From Catajapyx aquilonaris (taxonomy: Eukaryota), in assembly GCA_000934665.2 (NCBI GenBank), contig KZ538433.1, forward strand, positions 1 to 64,000: 64,000 bases of DNA, in the 5' to 3' direction. The notes below the pieces were generated by a model, which searched no databases, was not told the origin of the DNA, and saw only the letters and a list, made by a program, of their open reading frames with translations. Position numbers and translations under genes: made by a program. Shown here piece by piece: positions 41,710 through 53,685 of the stretch. Every line of letters begins with the position of its first letter. Position 1 is the first letter of the stretch.

Positions 41710-42312
41710 TATTGTAGTGGTGAAAGCTGTCTCATGGCGCTCTCAAGTGAGCACCTCATGCAAAACGCCCAGCAGGCAATAAGAGGGAGTGATCAGACCT
41801 TAGTATTATAAGACCATGTTCCATATCAAATGAGTCTGAACCCTCATGAATTTCTTGAAACCCTTTAATTGGCAATGTATCTGTAGAGATGCATTGTTTG
41901 CAAACATTGTAATTGACCCACCAGAGAGAGAGTGCGAGAAAATGGATGGTGTATCTTCTGGGATACAACCTCTAGCAACTTATAAGTGTACTTTGCCATC
42001 TGTTGGGAAAAGCCTGCACCATGAGGAAAAAAAGGAATCCAACATGGCTGCTGCTATGAAGGAGGTTGCGGCACCGCCGCTAAGAAAAATTACAATTTTT
42101 ATTTCCGTAACATGATTTTGAGAGACAAAAAATTAGCCCTAGTGAGTGCATGAAGCATGTGATCGGACCAGCTTCTCAGTTCTCTCATGAAACAAATATT
42201 TGGAGCGTAATAATTGGCAATTAACGTATGTGTATCCCTGGAGATACACTGCCTAATCAGGGATATCACAAGGAAAACAATGACACATGGCATGATATCA
42301 TATAGTTTATTC

Positions 42313-42840
42313 CAAGGGGGTAGTCACTCCTCAAAAAAGTGTACACCGGCTCTCTTGAGTTGCGGCTCTCCGCGGTTCTCTGCGGCTCTCCCCCGGCTCA
42401 CCAGCAGGCTCACCCACGGTCTTATGGGCTCGTATTGACGTCATATAATTACGTCATATGATGAGGAGCAAATGCACATTTTGTAGGGAAAATCCCCGCC
42501 CACAGCCAAGCTCCATAAACGGGCTGGATTGGGGCAGGAAGCAAGCACATATGTGACACCAAGTGTGACACATGTGGCTAATTCCAAGCTAATTCAGCAA
42601 GTAATTCAGTTTAGCTTGCGGTTGGCCGCAAGGGCCCAGTGTTGGCCTCAGGTTGGCCTGGCCAAGCCTTGCCCTTGCCTCTGTCCCTTGTCCAAACCTT
42701 TGTTCAACCCACGTTCAACCCGCTCAACCCAAGTTCAACCTTTGTCCCCACCCAGCCGGTTGTGACTTAGTTGGCTCTGCGGCTCTCCTCGGCTCACCAG
42801 TGAGGGTGTACACCGGCTCTCCGAAGTGACTACCCCCTTG
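42313..42840. mobile_element. hAT MITE
   Basis: TIR CAAGGGGGTAGTCACT, perfect 8-bp TSD GTTTATTC, subterminal GGCTC repeats. Confidence 0.85.
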
Positions 42841-43317
42841 GTTTATTCAGTATGTATAGTACAAACATCATTTTCCATTGATAACAACATAATATGGTCT
42901 GATGGTGGTGATCAGCCCCCGGACACACCCCCTATAATCAGCTCTTATCACCTGACTGGGTGTTTTGCAGGAGATGCTCACTTGAGAGCGCCTTACTCAT
43001 CTGTAAATACATGTGGTGACCCTGCCGGACCGCACTGAAGTTAGGTAGAAGAGAAGAGTCCGTCAAAATTAAGAATAAAACCCAGTTCTTTCGGAAAATC
43101 GCTGGAAATAGAATAGGGATTTTCTGAAAGAACGGGTTTTATCAAAACCGGGCTTGGTGAAACCAGCCCATATAGTTGCTTTGGCTTGTTCCCTGTCAAA
43201 CAATCAAATAAGCAAACCCTCATTTCATGGCAAAACGACACGTCTGTGGTACCAAGTGTATTGGGGAAAGATTTTCCTTTCTAGTCACTCTATGTGCACT
43301 TCATTTACACTCTGTAT

Positions 43318-46300
43318 TTATGTCTTGCAATTGATATTCAGGAACACAAGTTTCTTTGTCTCTTCTGCAGTTAGCCGACCCCTGTTCTCAAAAACCATCT
43401 CTCTGTCCCTAGCAAAAATCTGCTCACTAGGGATGGAAGTGGCCACTATGCCAAGCTTCTCCCTTGCAATTTTGGCTAGATGTGGAAAGACATGCCTACG
43501 GGTCTGCCACCACTCAAATGGGTCCTGCTCCAGATCCAGTACTGCCTCCTCCATGTACCTGAAATACACCAAATACATATCAGACCAGTAGTAAATTGCA
43601 AAACATTCTTATACAGTATAGAAGGAAGGGTAGCGCTGTCTGAGGCCTCACTATTCAGCACACAGCAGGTGTATGATAGCCACATGCCTGTTTGCCTATG
43701 CCAAGAGCCTGCCATTCAAATACAGGGGTTGGACAGAATAATAGGGCCCCCTGCAAAAAGCAGTTGAAATTTTTCATTTTTTTATTCGAAAACTGGAAAA
43801 GTTACAAATATGACTTTTACCTAGTTATGAATCTCTATCAGTGTACATTTGTCGAGGTATGCAGATGCCGCAAAAATCACGAGAAGGAGAGAGAAACAAA
43901 ACACGAACAACCCCCCCCCCCCTCCCCCCCCNNNNNNNNNNNNNNNNNNNNNCCCCCCCCCACACACACACACACACACACCATTTTCGACCAAAGTGTC
44001 CCCCCCTTTTCATTTGAAAACGAAAACAGTTACAGATATGAACTTGACTGGGTTTTGAAGCTCTAGCGATGTCACTTGTGTGGTATCGAGATGGACCAAA
44101 ATTACTGACAGGGGGAGGGGGAAAACATAGACACGACGTCCCCCTTCCCCGGCACTGCTTGAATGCAAACAATGGAAAATTTTCGTCCCACTGCTAGTTA
44201 ATGCTAACTTAGCAGTACCAGTGCCAATTATCGATGGTAAAAGATCAGAAGGGCGTATGAACCAATGTTAACAAATGGGTCATACGCCCTTCTGATCTTT
44301 CACCCTCTATATGGTAGCCTACTGGTAAGTTAGAAGTAGTGGGGCAAAAACTCGACCCAAACTTACTGTACATTATTTTGTCCAACCTCTTCTCAGATTT
44401 AGTGCCGGGGAAGGAGGGTGTCGTGTCTAATTTTCCCCCCGCCCCCTTTCGGTAATTTTGGTCCATCTCTATTGGCAAGACCCATACAAGTGGCTGACAC
44501 CTGGAAGCGGCCACGGAAGCTGAGTCATGGCAGACACAGGGGGTTGCTGTCAGAGTCCTGCCATGCACGGGAATGGAAAAGGGAGTCCAGTGGTGACAAG
44601 TAACAAATGTTTCATGGTGGGATGAAACTCGAAGTACTTATGTATCAATAGCCTACCGCTCATTAAGAATGGTACAATTCGATGTGGACGAAATGTTTAT
44701 ATTGTTCCCAACCCCTGGGTCACCTGCATGTTTTTTTAAGTGTTGCAAGGAAGTTCCAGAAAGGGGGATCAAAATAAAGTAAACAAGATAAGAAAAAAAC
44801 AAGGCAAAGTAGGGAAAATCTTAGGGAGAAAATTCACATCAAATATACGTAAGCATTGTATTGTGCGGTAAACCAAACGACGATCTGACGTCATCGTTTC
44901 TTACATTGTTGCCTTTTGTTCACAGTTTACTAATATTGTTCTGTGAGGGTATTTCCATGAAAACCTTGATGACATCGGATCGTTGTTTAGTTTTCCACAC
45001 TACACCTGGTTGAACATTTTGGTAATTAAAATTTGGATTTAAAATTCGGGATGGGTCATACGAGTCACCAGAGGTCCAGAGAACGTTTCCTTAGGGTTGC
45101 GTCAAGATAGGGTAGGGAAAACTGCTGGGCATAGTGGATGAACATTTTGTCCATAGAGTTGTACCATTCTTTATGAGCGGGACTGCTACTTGTGGACGTT
45201 GCGATGTCCACAGACAAAGCCCCACTTTTTGCCGAGATATTCCCTATTTAATTCCCCCGTAAAATAACCGGAGGGGATTTCTTTTATTTGTGGACGTCGT
45301 CGAAACAATCGAAATCTCCTCTCGACGACGGGGGCACTGTCACCCTCCTCCCACCTCCAGATTGGCCATAATTAATTCCCCAATGTCACCCTGCACGTCT
45401 GGAACCATTCCCCTACAGCCAGCCAGCTGGTCCCTGTCACACCGCGCTGCTCTCCCAGCTATTTGCATAGGTACCAGCTACTTCATCTGTCTCAGCCTGG
45501 GACCAGTCCCACCGGCCTACCCTGGCCATAATTATGCGAACCCCTGCCCACATAGCATGTGCTCAGCCTTGTCTACTGCTCTCCCTGCCTCATGCCAAGC
45601 TCATCCCCTGCCTGCTCAAGTACCCCCTCCATCGGACATCTTGGATTTGCCTTCAGGGCCTCTACAGGCCACGGGTGTCACAAATACCACACAAAGTGAC
45701 ATCGATAGAGCTTCAAAACCAAGTATATTTCATATCTGTAACTGTTTTCATTTTGAAATGAAAAGGGTGGACCACTATGGTCCAAAATGGGGCTTGGGAG
45801 GGCGGGGGGTATTGTTCGTCTTTTGTTTCTCTCCCCTTCTCGTGATTTTTGCGTCATTTGCATACCTCGACATCGATAGAGCTTCAAAACTAGGTAAATG
45901 TCATCTTGGTAACTTACCCATTTTTCGAATAAAACAGATGCGAAGTTTCAACAGATTTTCGCAGGGGGCCCTATTATTCTGTCCCACCCCTGTAAGTGCC
46001 AGATTTTGTCATCTAGGTGATGTCACACACTTGCTGTGTGCTGATTGGTCAGGTCTTGGATGGTGCTACCGCTCCTTCCATATACTTTGTTTATGATGCT
46101 CTAATCTCATCCAAATTACACACAGACTCTTACCCTTTAAGCTCAGCTCTTGCAAGCATATCAGGTGGAAATTCTGTCTTGGCCATCAACATCTTTGACT
46201 GGAACTGTGCCCATGCAGACAATGGACCAGATGGTAGTTTTTCCTCATCTTGAGTCATTGCCTCTTGAAGTGTTACCATAAGGGTTAACTGATCATGCAC

Positions 46301-48322
46301 CTTTTCGGCCTCTGCCTCAGTAGGAAATGCAAACCCCTTGAACCTCGGATCAAGAAATGTGGCTAATGACATTGTCTCAGCCACATCAGCACTGCCACTC
46401 ATTGATTTCAATCCACTCTCCAACACTGCTACCATAGCCCTTGGTACTTCCTCATACTGACGCGTCTTCAGTTCTTCAATGACTGAGAGTAAGCCCTGTG
46501 TCAGAACCATTACTTGTGATCCCAGGATGTAATGCTTATTGCGTAATTGATTTATTATCTCCTCAAACGGTAACAGCACTTCTATAAGTTCATGACACTC
46601 CTTCCAATCTAGGTCTGTCAGACATGGTATGTCACTGCTAAGTGAAGCCATAGTGACCTTAATAGCTGGTTCCAATTCAGCACAACGTTTAAACATATCA
46701 AATGCCACATCCCAACGAGGCTCAGGTGCATCAAGCAGTTCTTTAGGTGATGGTTCTTGTGCTATCATGAGTGCTGAGGTTGCAAGTGCATCATTTTTAA
46801 ACCACAAAACCATGTTACGTACTTTGGAGCGGAGCCCTGCCGCTACTTGTAAAGCTGTCTGGAGCAGCAGATTTAAGGAGCGTCCATAACATGGAAACTG
46901 AGGCCATTGTAATCCACATATTGAGGAATCCTTTGGATCGCCATCATCACCAGTTACAACCAATGTAACTTTACCAGTTATTCCCCAGCAGGAGGTAATT
47001 TGTGTGATTATTTCACTGACTTCATTATGCCCAATTTCGGTACATTCCAGCATTACACTGTGAAACTGCATTGACTCTGTAACAAAATGAGCTGCTACAC
47101 TGATGAAATTTACATTGGCAATTGATGCCCAAAAGTCTGTTGTCAGGCAGACAGTAGCAGCTCCTTTCATTTTCTCTTGTGCCTTACGTAATGCCAACCT
47201 GTAATGCGACCGGAGTGTGACATGATCAAGTGTGTCACGCTCAGGCATGTCAAAGTGTGGATTGAGGACATCTACAAAGTTTGTAAAGGAGGAACTATCC
47301 ACCAAACCAAGGGAATGGTATGACTTGTAAAACAGTTGCACCAGTGCATCACATGCATGGCGTTCTCGTGTCAAACTCATTCGACCAACTATCTGGTCTT
47401 TTGCAGTGAGATTGGCCAGATCAACTGTACCTTCTATGACTCCTGGATGCATCAATTTGAGGTGATGTTTAAGGTTGGAAATAGTAGTTCGGCAAGACAC
47501 TTCCTTGCAGCAATAGCCACAAACAGCATACCCTTTATTGGTTTCACTGTCTGCAAAGTGTTGCCAGACTATGCTTTTACGTTCCCGTGGTTTTGGTGGT
47601 TTGGAGAGTTTGCGAACTTTGGTGGTGCCATCTTCTGGATGCATTGCTTTCAGATGCATCTTGAGGTTGGAAACAGTTGACACAAAAGAAATCTCATGGT
47701 GACATAAATTGCAGGTTGCCTTTCCTTCTTTGTCAGGACATGGTGTGAAATCCTTCCAAGCGCTGCTCCATTTTTTACGTGGAGATCCAGTTTGTTTGTG
47801 CATATTTTGGCGCATTTTCCGTACATTTTGCCTTGGGCTGACTTCTGCAACATCAGGATTATCACTAGTAGCCTCCTCAAATTCAACGTTCTCAATATCA
47901 ATATTAGTCACACTGGTTCTCCTCTCCAAATTTTCTGAGTTCACTACAGCGTCAAACACCCAAATAGATTTCTCATCACCCCAAATCTTTGGCTTTGGGG
48001 TACGTTTAGCTCGACGCATTGCCAGTGGTATGTTCTCCCTGGTGTCTGATGTAAACTCCATCCTTGAAGATGTAGGTTCCATACTTGTACTTGTGGGGTC
48101 CGACCCTGTAGACATGGGCTCGGTCACTGTAGAGATTGACTCTGTCACTGTAGAAATGGGCTCTGTCACTGTAGATGAGCGTTTGGTCACCGTAGATGTG
48201 GGATCTGCCACCTTAGATGTAGCCTCCGACACTGCAGGTACAACCTTCAACCGTATCTTGGGAGGCATATTTGCTTGCTTCAGAGGTGAATTGGTATGGT
48301 ATGGTTTCTTCCTTGATGGCAT
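43318..48322 (-). CDS. Zinc finger BED domain-containing protein (hAT/Ac transposase-derived, ZBED1/ZBED4-like), about 809 aa. Exons 48322-46134 and 43558-43318
   Basis: Two BED fingers (W..F...C..C......SNL..HL...H), CLTTDFW, LATFLDPRFK. The phase-2 donor AAAGG|GTAAGA joins acceptor TTTCAG|G to give AELKGYMEE..DPFEWW..FPHLAKIAREKLGIVATSIPSEQIF (hAT C-terminal dimerisation domain). The acceptor TCTTACAG lies 3 nt before the ATG at 48322. Confidence 0.9.
43723..45992. mobile_element. Tc1-like non-autonomous element with long TIRs inside the ZBED intron
   Basis: TA|CAGGGGT..GACAGAATAATAGGGCCCCCTGC termini, about 350-bp imperfect TIRs. Confidence 0.8.
48040..48207 (-). repeat. Coding 21-bp (7-aa) tandem repeat in the ZBED N-terminus
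   Basis: DPTSTVT KRSSTVT EPISTVT ESISTVT EPMSTGS DPTSTSM EPTSSRM EFTSDTR. Confidence 0.8.
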
Positions 48323-48558
48323 AATCTGTAAGATACCGTTGAATCTGGATATTACTTCAGACTTCAAGGGACCACAGAAAACAGTCTGTTATAGCCAAAT
48401 TGCCAATTTTGCAACAAATACGCAAGTTTTCTGCTTTCATATACTTATAATGCACACTTTATAATTAATATTAGGGAGGTTGGCCCGGCAGGCACGAGGC
48501 CTGCAGTGGGTGGTGGGGTTGTCATTAGAGAACTACACTTCCTCGACACAATTTAGGC

Positions 48559-49061
48559 CAGTGGTTCTTAAACCTTTTCGCGCCTCCGCACCCCTTTGAA
48601 GACAGTTGGTCCGCGTCGGACCCCCTATACCAGGGGATAGATTGCGTTCAAAGTTAGAGGTACGCCTTGCTCCTGGTTCAGGGTTCAAGGTCACACAATC
48701 TTAGGTGAATGTAATAACTGACAAAGTACAGTGGAATCCTCCTACACTGTAAGCACATCGGATATGAGCAAGTAGAAAGGTTGGTCCCTTCATATTTCCA
48801 GCAGTGCCAATGTACAAGTGCAGTTGAATCCGGATATAACAGACTTGTCTGCTATTAGACTATCTGACTGCACAAATCCTTATTCAGAACTGCACATATG
48901 GCTTTTAGAACTGCATGCTACAGTAAGCCCTGAGAAGTAGTTCTTACCTAATCAGTGCGACTTTTGTCCTGTTTCGAGTCACTTCATTTTTTTGGATTCG
49001 CCCCCCCCCCCCCCNCCCCCCCCCCCCCAGGGGGGTGCACCCCACAGTTTTAGAACCGCTG
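48559..49061. mobile_element. hAT (Charlie-like) MITE
   Basis: CAG(T/C)GGTTCT termini, imperfect 8-bp TSD ATTTAGGC/CTTTAGAC. About 200 bp of internal sequence is shared with 60015-60230. Confidence 0.6.
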
Positions 49062-49246
49062 CTTTAGACCGTCTGCAGCCTGTAACTGTTTCTACGAATC
49101 TGCCTCAAAAAGCTGTCTGACTGGCTCGAAAATACGTGCCAATATAATATGAATGTGCTATATATTTATATAATATTGCTTTTTTTTAAACTTGCCGGTT
49201 GCCGCCCTAGGCCATGGCCTAGTGTGGCCTTATGGCTAATCCGCCA

Positions 49247-49391
49247 CTGCCTATTATACAGAAGCAACCCCGGAATTATCCTAGGAAGACCACGGAAAAC
49301 CACGGTCAGGATCGTCAGCCCCAGGATTCGAACCCAGGACCTCCCGTTTAGCAATCGGATGCCTTATCCACCATGCCAACCTGCTTCGGTT
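49247..49391 (-). mobile_element. SINE family C, 3'-truncated copy
   Basis: Reverse complement of ACCGAAGCAGGTTGGCA..GGTTCGAATCC..GGTTTTCCGTGG. Confidence 0.7.
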
Positions 49392-52339
49392 TATAATGGA
49401 AACTACTGCATACTGATTAATGAAACTATCCACAAACATGCAAAATTAGCTCACCCATAACTTAGGCAGGACAAAGAAAAAACCATCGTTTTCTTCTGTA
49501 GTCTCATTCTTGCCAGATGCCCCAGAAAAAGAATGATTTTCACCTTTTCCGCAAGTGTTATATCAGTGGCAGGTGGGAAAATCACCACCGCTCCAGTGTT
49601 CAGTGCTTTCCTTGCGTGGGAAATGAAGCTGAATAATTTTAAAAAGCACATTTTGCCATCAAGGGGCCACGAAATGGTCTGTTATACCCGAGGTGAGGGG
49701 AAAATGAGTCTGTTATATCAGGAGTAAAAAATACACAGGGCCTTATGGAAGTATGGCCTTTCAAGCCTGTTATAATTGAAAGTCCATTATAGCCGAGGCT
49801 GTTATGTCCGGATTCAACTGTACTATCAAATCCCAAATGTTGTGTTTATTTGCAACGCATATCTAGCAACCAGTTTTGAGTTAGAATTGATATGAGTCCA
49901 CATATTTTCAAGGTTCAAATACTGTCACCTTCGTTTGGTTGGGTGCTTTTCCTATTTTCATCTGACATGCCCAGGCAGAATTGCACTCCCATCTCTGCCC
50001 AGGGCCAAGAGAAAAGGTCTGGTCAGATATGACTACTTAAGAGTGCCCTCCCTTGGGAACCTCCTCTTCCCCCCCCCCCCCCCCCCCAATAGGGCCCCTG
50101 GCCCTATCACGGGTTATTTAAAAATAACAACAAAACCTGATTCTGATGATCTGCATATGATCATTCCAATATACAGGTACTCCTCATTTTACCCTAAGGA
50201 TTGGTTCCAGAAGCATGTGGCATGACGCGAAAAGATGGTAAATGGTTCAGTATCCTTAGTGGCGTATGCAGGGGGGAGGGGGGCCCAGTCGGGTCGCCCC
50301 CCACACACGAAATGTTTGAAATAGCCGGAAATAGCATTAGAAATTACTAATTCATGATTTTTTGGGAAAAGTGCTACCAATTTCATCAAATACACACCCA
50401 TTCAAATCTCCCACATTCACCTAAGCTCGTGTGACCTTGAACCAAAAATTTACGCCTGCGGCAGGCTTCCTACTTGCCATTGCTTGTTCACCCAGTGCTT
50501 ATGATTTATGAAATTGGCCCCCACCCGAAATTTTTCTGCCCACGCGCCTGCCTTATTGAACTGTATATATTTTAATTTCTACGTTCGAGGGTCTAAATCT
50601 GGCCCTGGTCGGAGGAGGAGGGGGGCGGGCGTAATATATGTCAAATGGCACAGGGCGCCATCTCACATAACGCCGGCCATAATGTACCTGGTTTGGAGGC
50701 TCCTTGCCTGGCTTCTGAACTGCTTTCTGGTTCACATAAGGCTTTCCAGCATCCTTCAGACACTTGGCTTTCATGTCTTTCCCCTCCTCAGGGGTTTCCT
50801 TGCGTCTTTCGGCTTTATTTCTCTGAGCAATAGTAGTGGCACTTGCAATGAAGCTGCCTGCACCCGCCATCTTAGATGGAAGATACACCCTTCTACTCCG
50901 ACAAGCTACCTTTGAAACTCTGCTGTGATGAGCGAAATCGACGCGTACGGACCCAGATGGTATATGATGGAGCAGGAGGGATACTATACCTTCTCCACCA
51001 ACCAGTTCAATTTTGGCAATTTTGCGAGATACACCTTTCTTCGAGGGAGGGGCTCAAATGATACTGAAGATGATTTGAACCCTTCCTGGAGCATCAGGCT
51101 GTAGTGTAGTTTACAAGTTGTTTACTATCTGGGTGCCCCTGGCAACTGAACAGCCTGCTCGCCTAGTTCTTTCCATTCTTTTACCTTATTGTTCTGAACG
51201 AACCTATGCAGATCTATTGTAAGTCGCAAACGAATGATCATAAAAAAAAATGGCCAGCTAAAGGAAAGTGGCCAAGTGACAGCCACTGAGTTTTAGGTGA
51301 CTTTGCAAGGAATAGACTGTGAGTCTACACTTTGGCTGGTAAAGCATGCATTCTGAGGGTAAACTTCCTTTGTGAGAATAGAAACAACAACTAAACGGAG
51401 ATGCAAACATACAGCACATCTCTTGGGCCATTTTCACCGTTTCCAAAGCAGAAAACACTCCCCCGAGGCATGAAACCAGGCCCCAATGTTTTTCATTGAA
51501 ACTAATATAATCAGAGAATATCTTGAAAATCCCTACAAGTAACTATTCCAAAGTAACTGCTTAAAATAAGCAAAAATAATAATAAAATCAAACTATAAGG
51601 GCATTTCAATTGGAACACACTGCATACCTCTGAAATATATTATTTGTGATGCAGAGAAACAGATCAAATGCGTATTTTGTTTTAGCATTGTGAACTTGAC
51701 ATTTAAATTGTTTCCATGAGGAAACAGAATTTCAAATATTGGATCCACTGTGTAATTAATGCATTGTGAATGCTGGCATATATGTGTTCTGGTATGCAAC
51801 TGGGTATACCAACCACTGGTGTACAATGCAAAAGTAGCTGCTACTCTTGAAACCACCAGTAGCCCAAGACACTGACTTCAACAACAGCTACACCTAACCA
51901 TTAGGAGTTATTAACAAACATAATGACCATTTCTGTGGCACTAAAGGGCGACACATTTTGTGTTTATTTATAATTCTTTCTGTATGTTTTTGAAAATGCT
52001 TGTATTTCATTCCTGAATGGCTGCACTTGCGAAAATTGTGGCGCCTTTGTTTACAGTTGCATGTTCCACAGACCAAAGGATAAAGTGAACTGAGATACAA
52101 CTCGACTTGCATATCATTCTTACCTATTCAAATTACTCTGAGAATGGTCCTGAGAATTGATATCTCTGCCATGAAAACCTACACTTCATTAGCCCATAAC
52201 ACGCTCCATAATATCGGAATTACAAGCAGTTGTAATGGCATGCCGTTGTCTTAGCAGTTGAGGGGGGGAGGAATCAATATCAGCTTTAAAAATTAGGCTT
52301 GCTGCACTCTCTTTCGACTGTCCCCAAACGCCACAGTTG

Positions 52340-53600
52340 AAACTCACCTCCTTTTCACAGCATATATGGCCTACCGTTGATCTTGAACGTTACACCGTTG
52401 CCGGACGAAACTAGCATGGGAGCAGTGTACATTCTGGGTGGAAGACAGTTCGTTTAACAACAATGGCTGCCAAATATTGCTATGATTGAAGAACGTATGA
52501 TTGAAGAACGTAGCTGCTGTAAAAAGCAGCTATTGGGATTGATGGCAAAGTCAGGAAATAAGCACCTTACTGTCTACCGTATATCATCGCGTAGTATAAA
52601 ATTAATATCGTGGTCTGTCATATGACATGCTTGTATTTTTCTGTGATAATTTCTGACTCAACCGAGAAATTATGATGTCTGATATCTAAGCTAATATTCT
52701 AAATAGCAGCTAAAATAAGTGCTACCAGTCCCTCTCAGTAGCTCCGTAGTACTCTGGTTGTACCAAGCTACCGTACTGCATGTGACTGCATCATAACTGT
52801 ACACTTGTACAGGCAAGAGCTGGTACAGGCTATTGCTTACATCATGTACAATAGCATTCATACGCTGACACGTATGACAAGTTGTTGACACTCCAAAATT
52901 AATAAGTTTAATATAGATCAAATCCTAGTTTCTCCCACATTTAAGTGAAAGAAATCCATCATGCTGCAAGCGTGAATTATTAAAATAAAAAAATTTCAGA
53001 TCATTAGCGCCTGCACTGATTATACCTGGTTTATTAGAATCTATTAGAACACTAATGCATTATCATCATTCACTCCGGATATCATACTGTATGTGCATGT
53101 GTGTGTGCAGTACAAGTGCAAGTGGACAGGTGTCGTGGAGAGCGGTGGTGAGCGTACAGTTCGGAATACAGCCGGCAGGTGGTGTGCCTTGTGGTTTCGT
53201 CCTAAACTCCTAATCGGCCGGTAGTCGTTCGGATTCGGATTGGCGTGCTAATTCCGTGCAGAAAAAAGGTCGCAAAAAATCAGAATTGCGACCACATTGC
53301 GACCATGACCCAGTGTGGCTGCAAAGCGAAGATTCCAGAGGCGGAGGCGGAGGCGGAACGTCACGTGGTAAGCGATGGCGACCTGCCCAAGGTCTCGCCG
53401 GCTGTTTATTCCATTTTTTAAAATGTTTCCACTGCCGCAACAATTTCTTATCGCCAATAAGATACCTGTAGAGTACACAGAAGCACCTGCTGCTTGCCCA
53501 ATTGGCCAATTAAATAACGCGGCTGTGCCTTGCAAGATGCAAGGCGCATCATATGTTGAGAGCGTGCAAAAGGTAGGGGTGACCTCAACTCAGTATCATG
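52340..53600. promoter_or_regulatory. Divergent promoter region between the ZBED-like gene (-) and TPS (+)
   Basis: CpG-rich segment with CCAAT/ATTGG elements (about 53238, 53497-53510). A minus-strand donor GAG|GTGAGT at 52348/52347 fits a 5'UTR exon of the ZBED gene. Confidence 0.45.
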
Positions 53601-53685
53601 TTTCCAGGACAGTGATAAAGGTTCTGAAGCCTTGGAGAAGGAGGAGGAGCAGGGGGTGGGGGAGGAGCCGCACTTTTTGGGAGAG

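Noticed and set aside
43910..43962. Poly-C runs with N bases (also 19460, 32732, 49015) as functional G-quadruplex tracts
   Set aside because: The Ns show assembly gaps at homopolymers, so true lengths and local structure are unreliable.
45290..46096. 268-aa plus-strand ORF
   Set aside because: GTG start, runs through a TIR of a non-autonomous element, no protein motif.
46130..48367. 745-aa ORF as a complete, autonomous hAT transposase
   Set aside because: The ORF-track start is non-ATG and lies upstream of a splice acceptor, the stop lies within a splice donor, and no enclosing TIRs or TSD were found.
47709..48464. 251-aa plus-strand ORF
   Set aside because: Antisense shadow of the ZBED repeat-rich exon with no recognisable domain.
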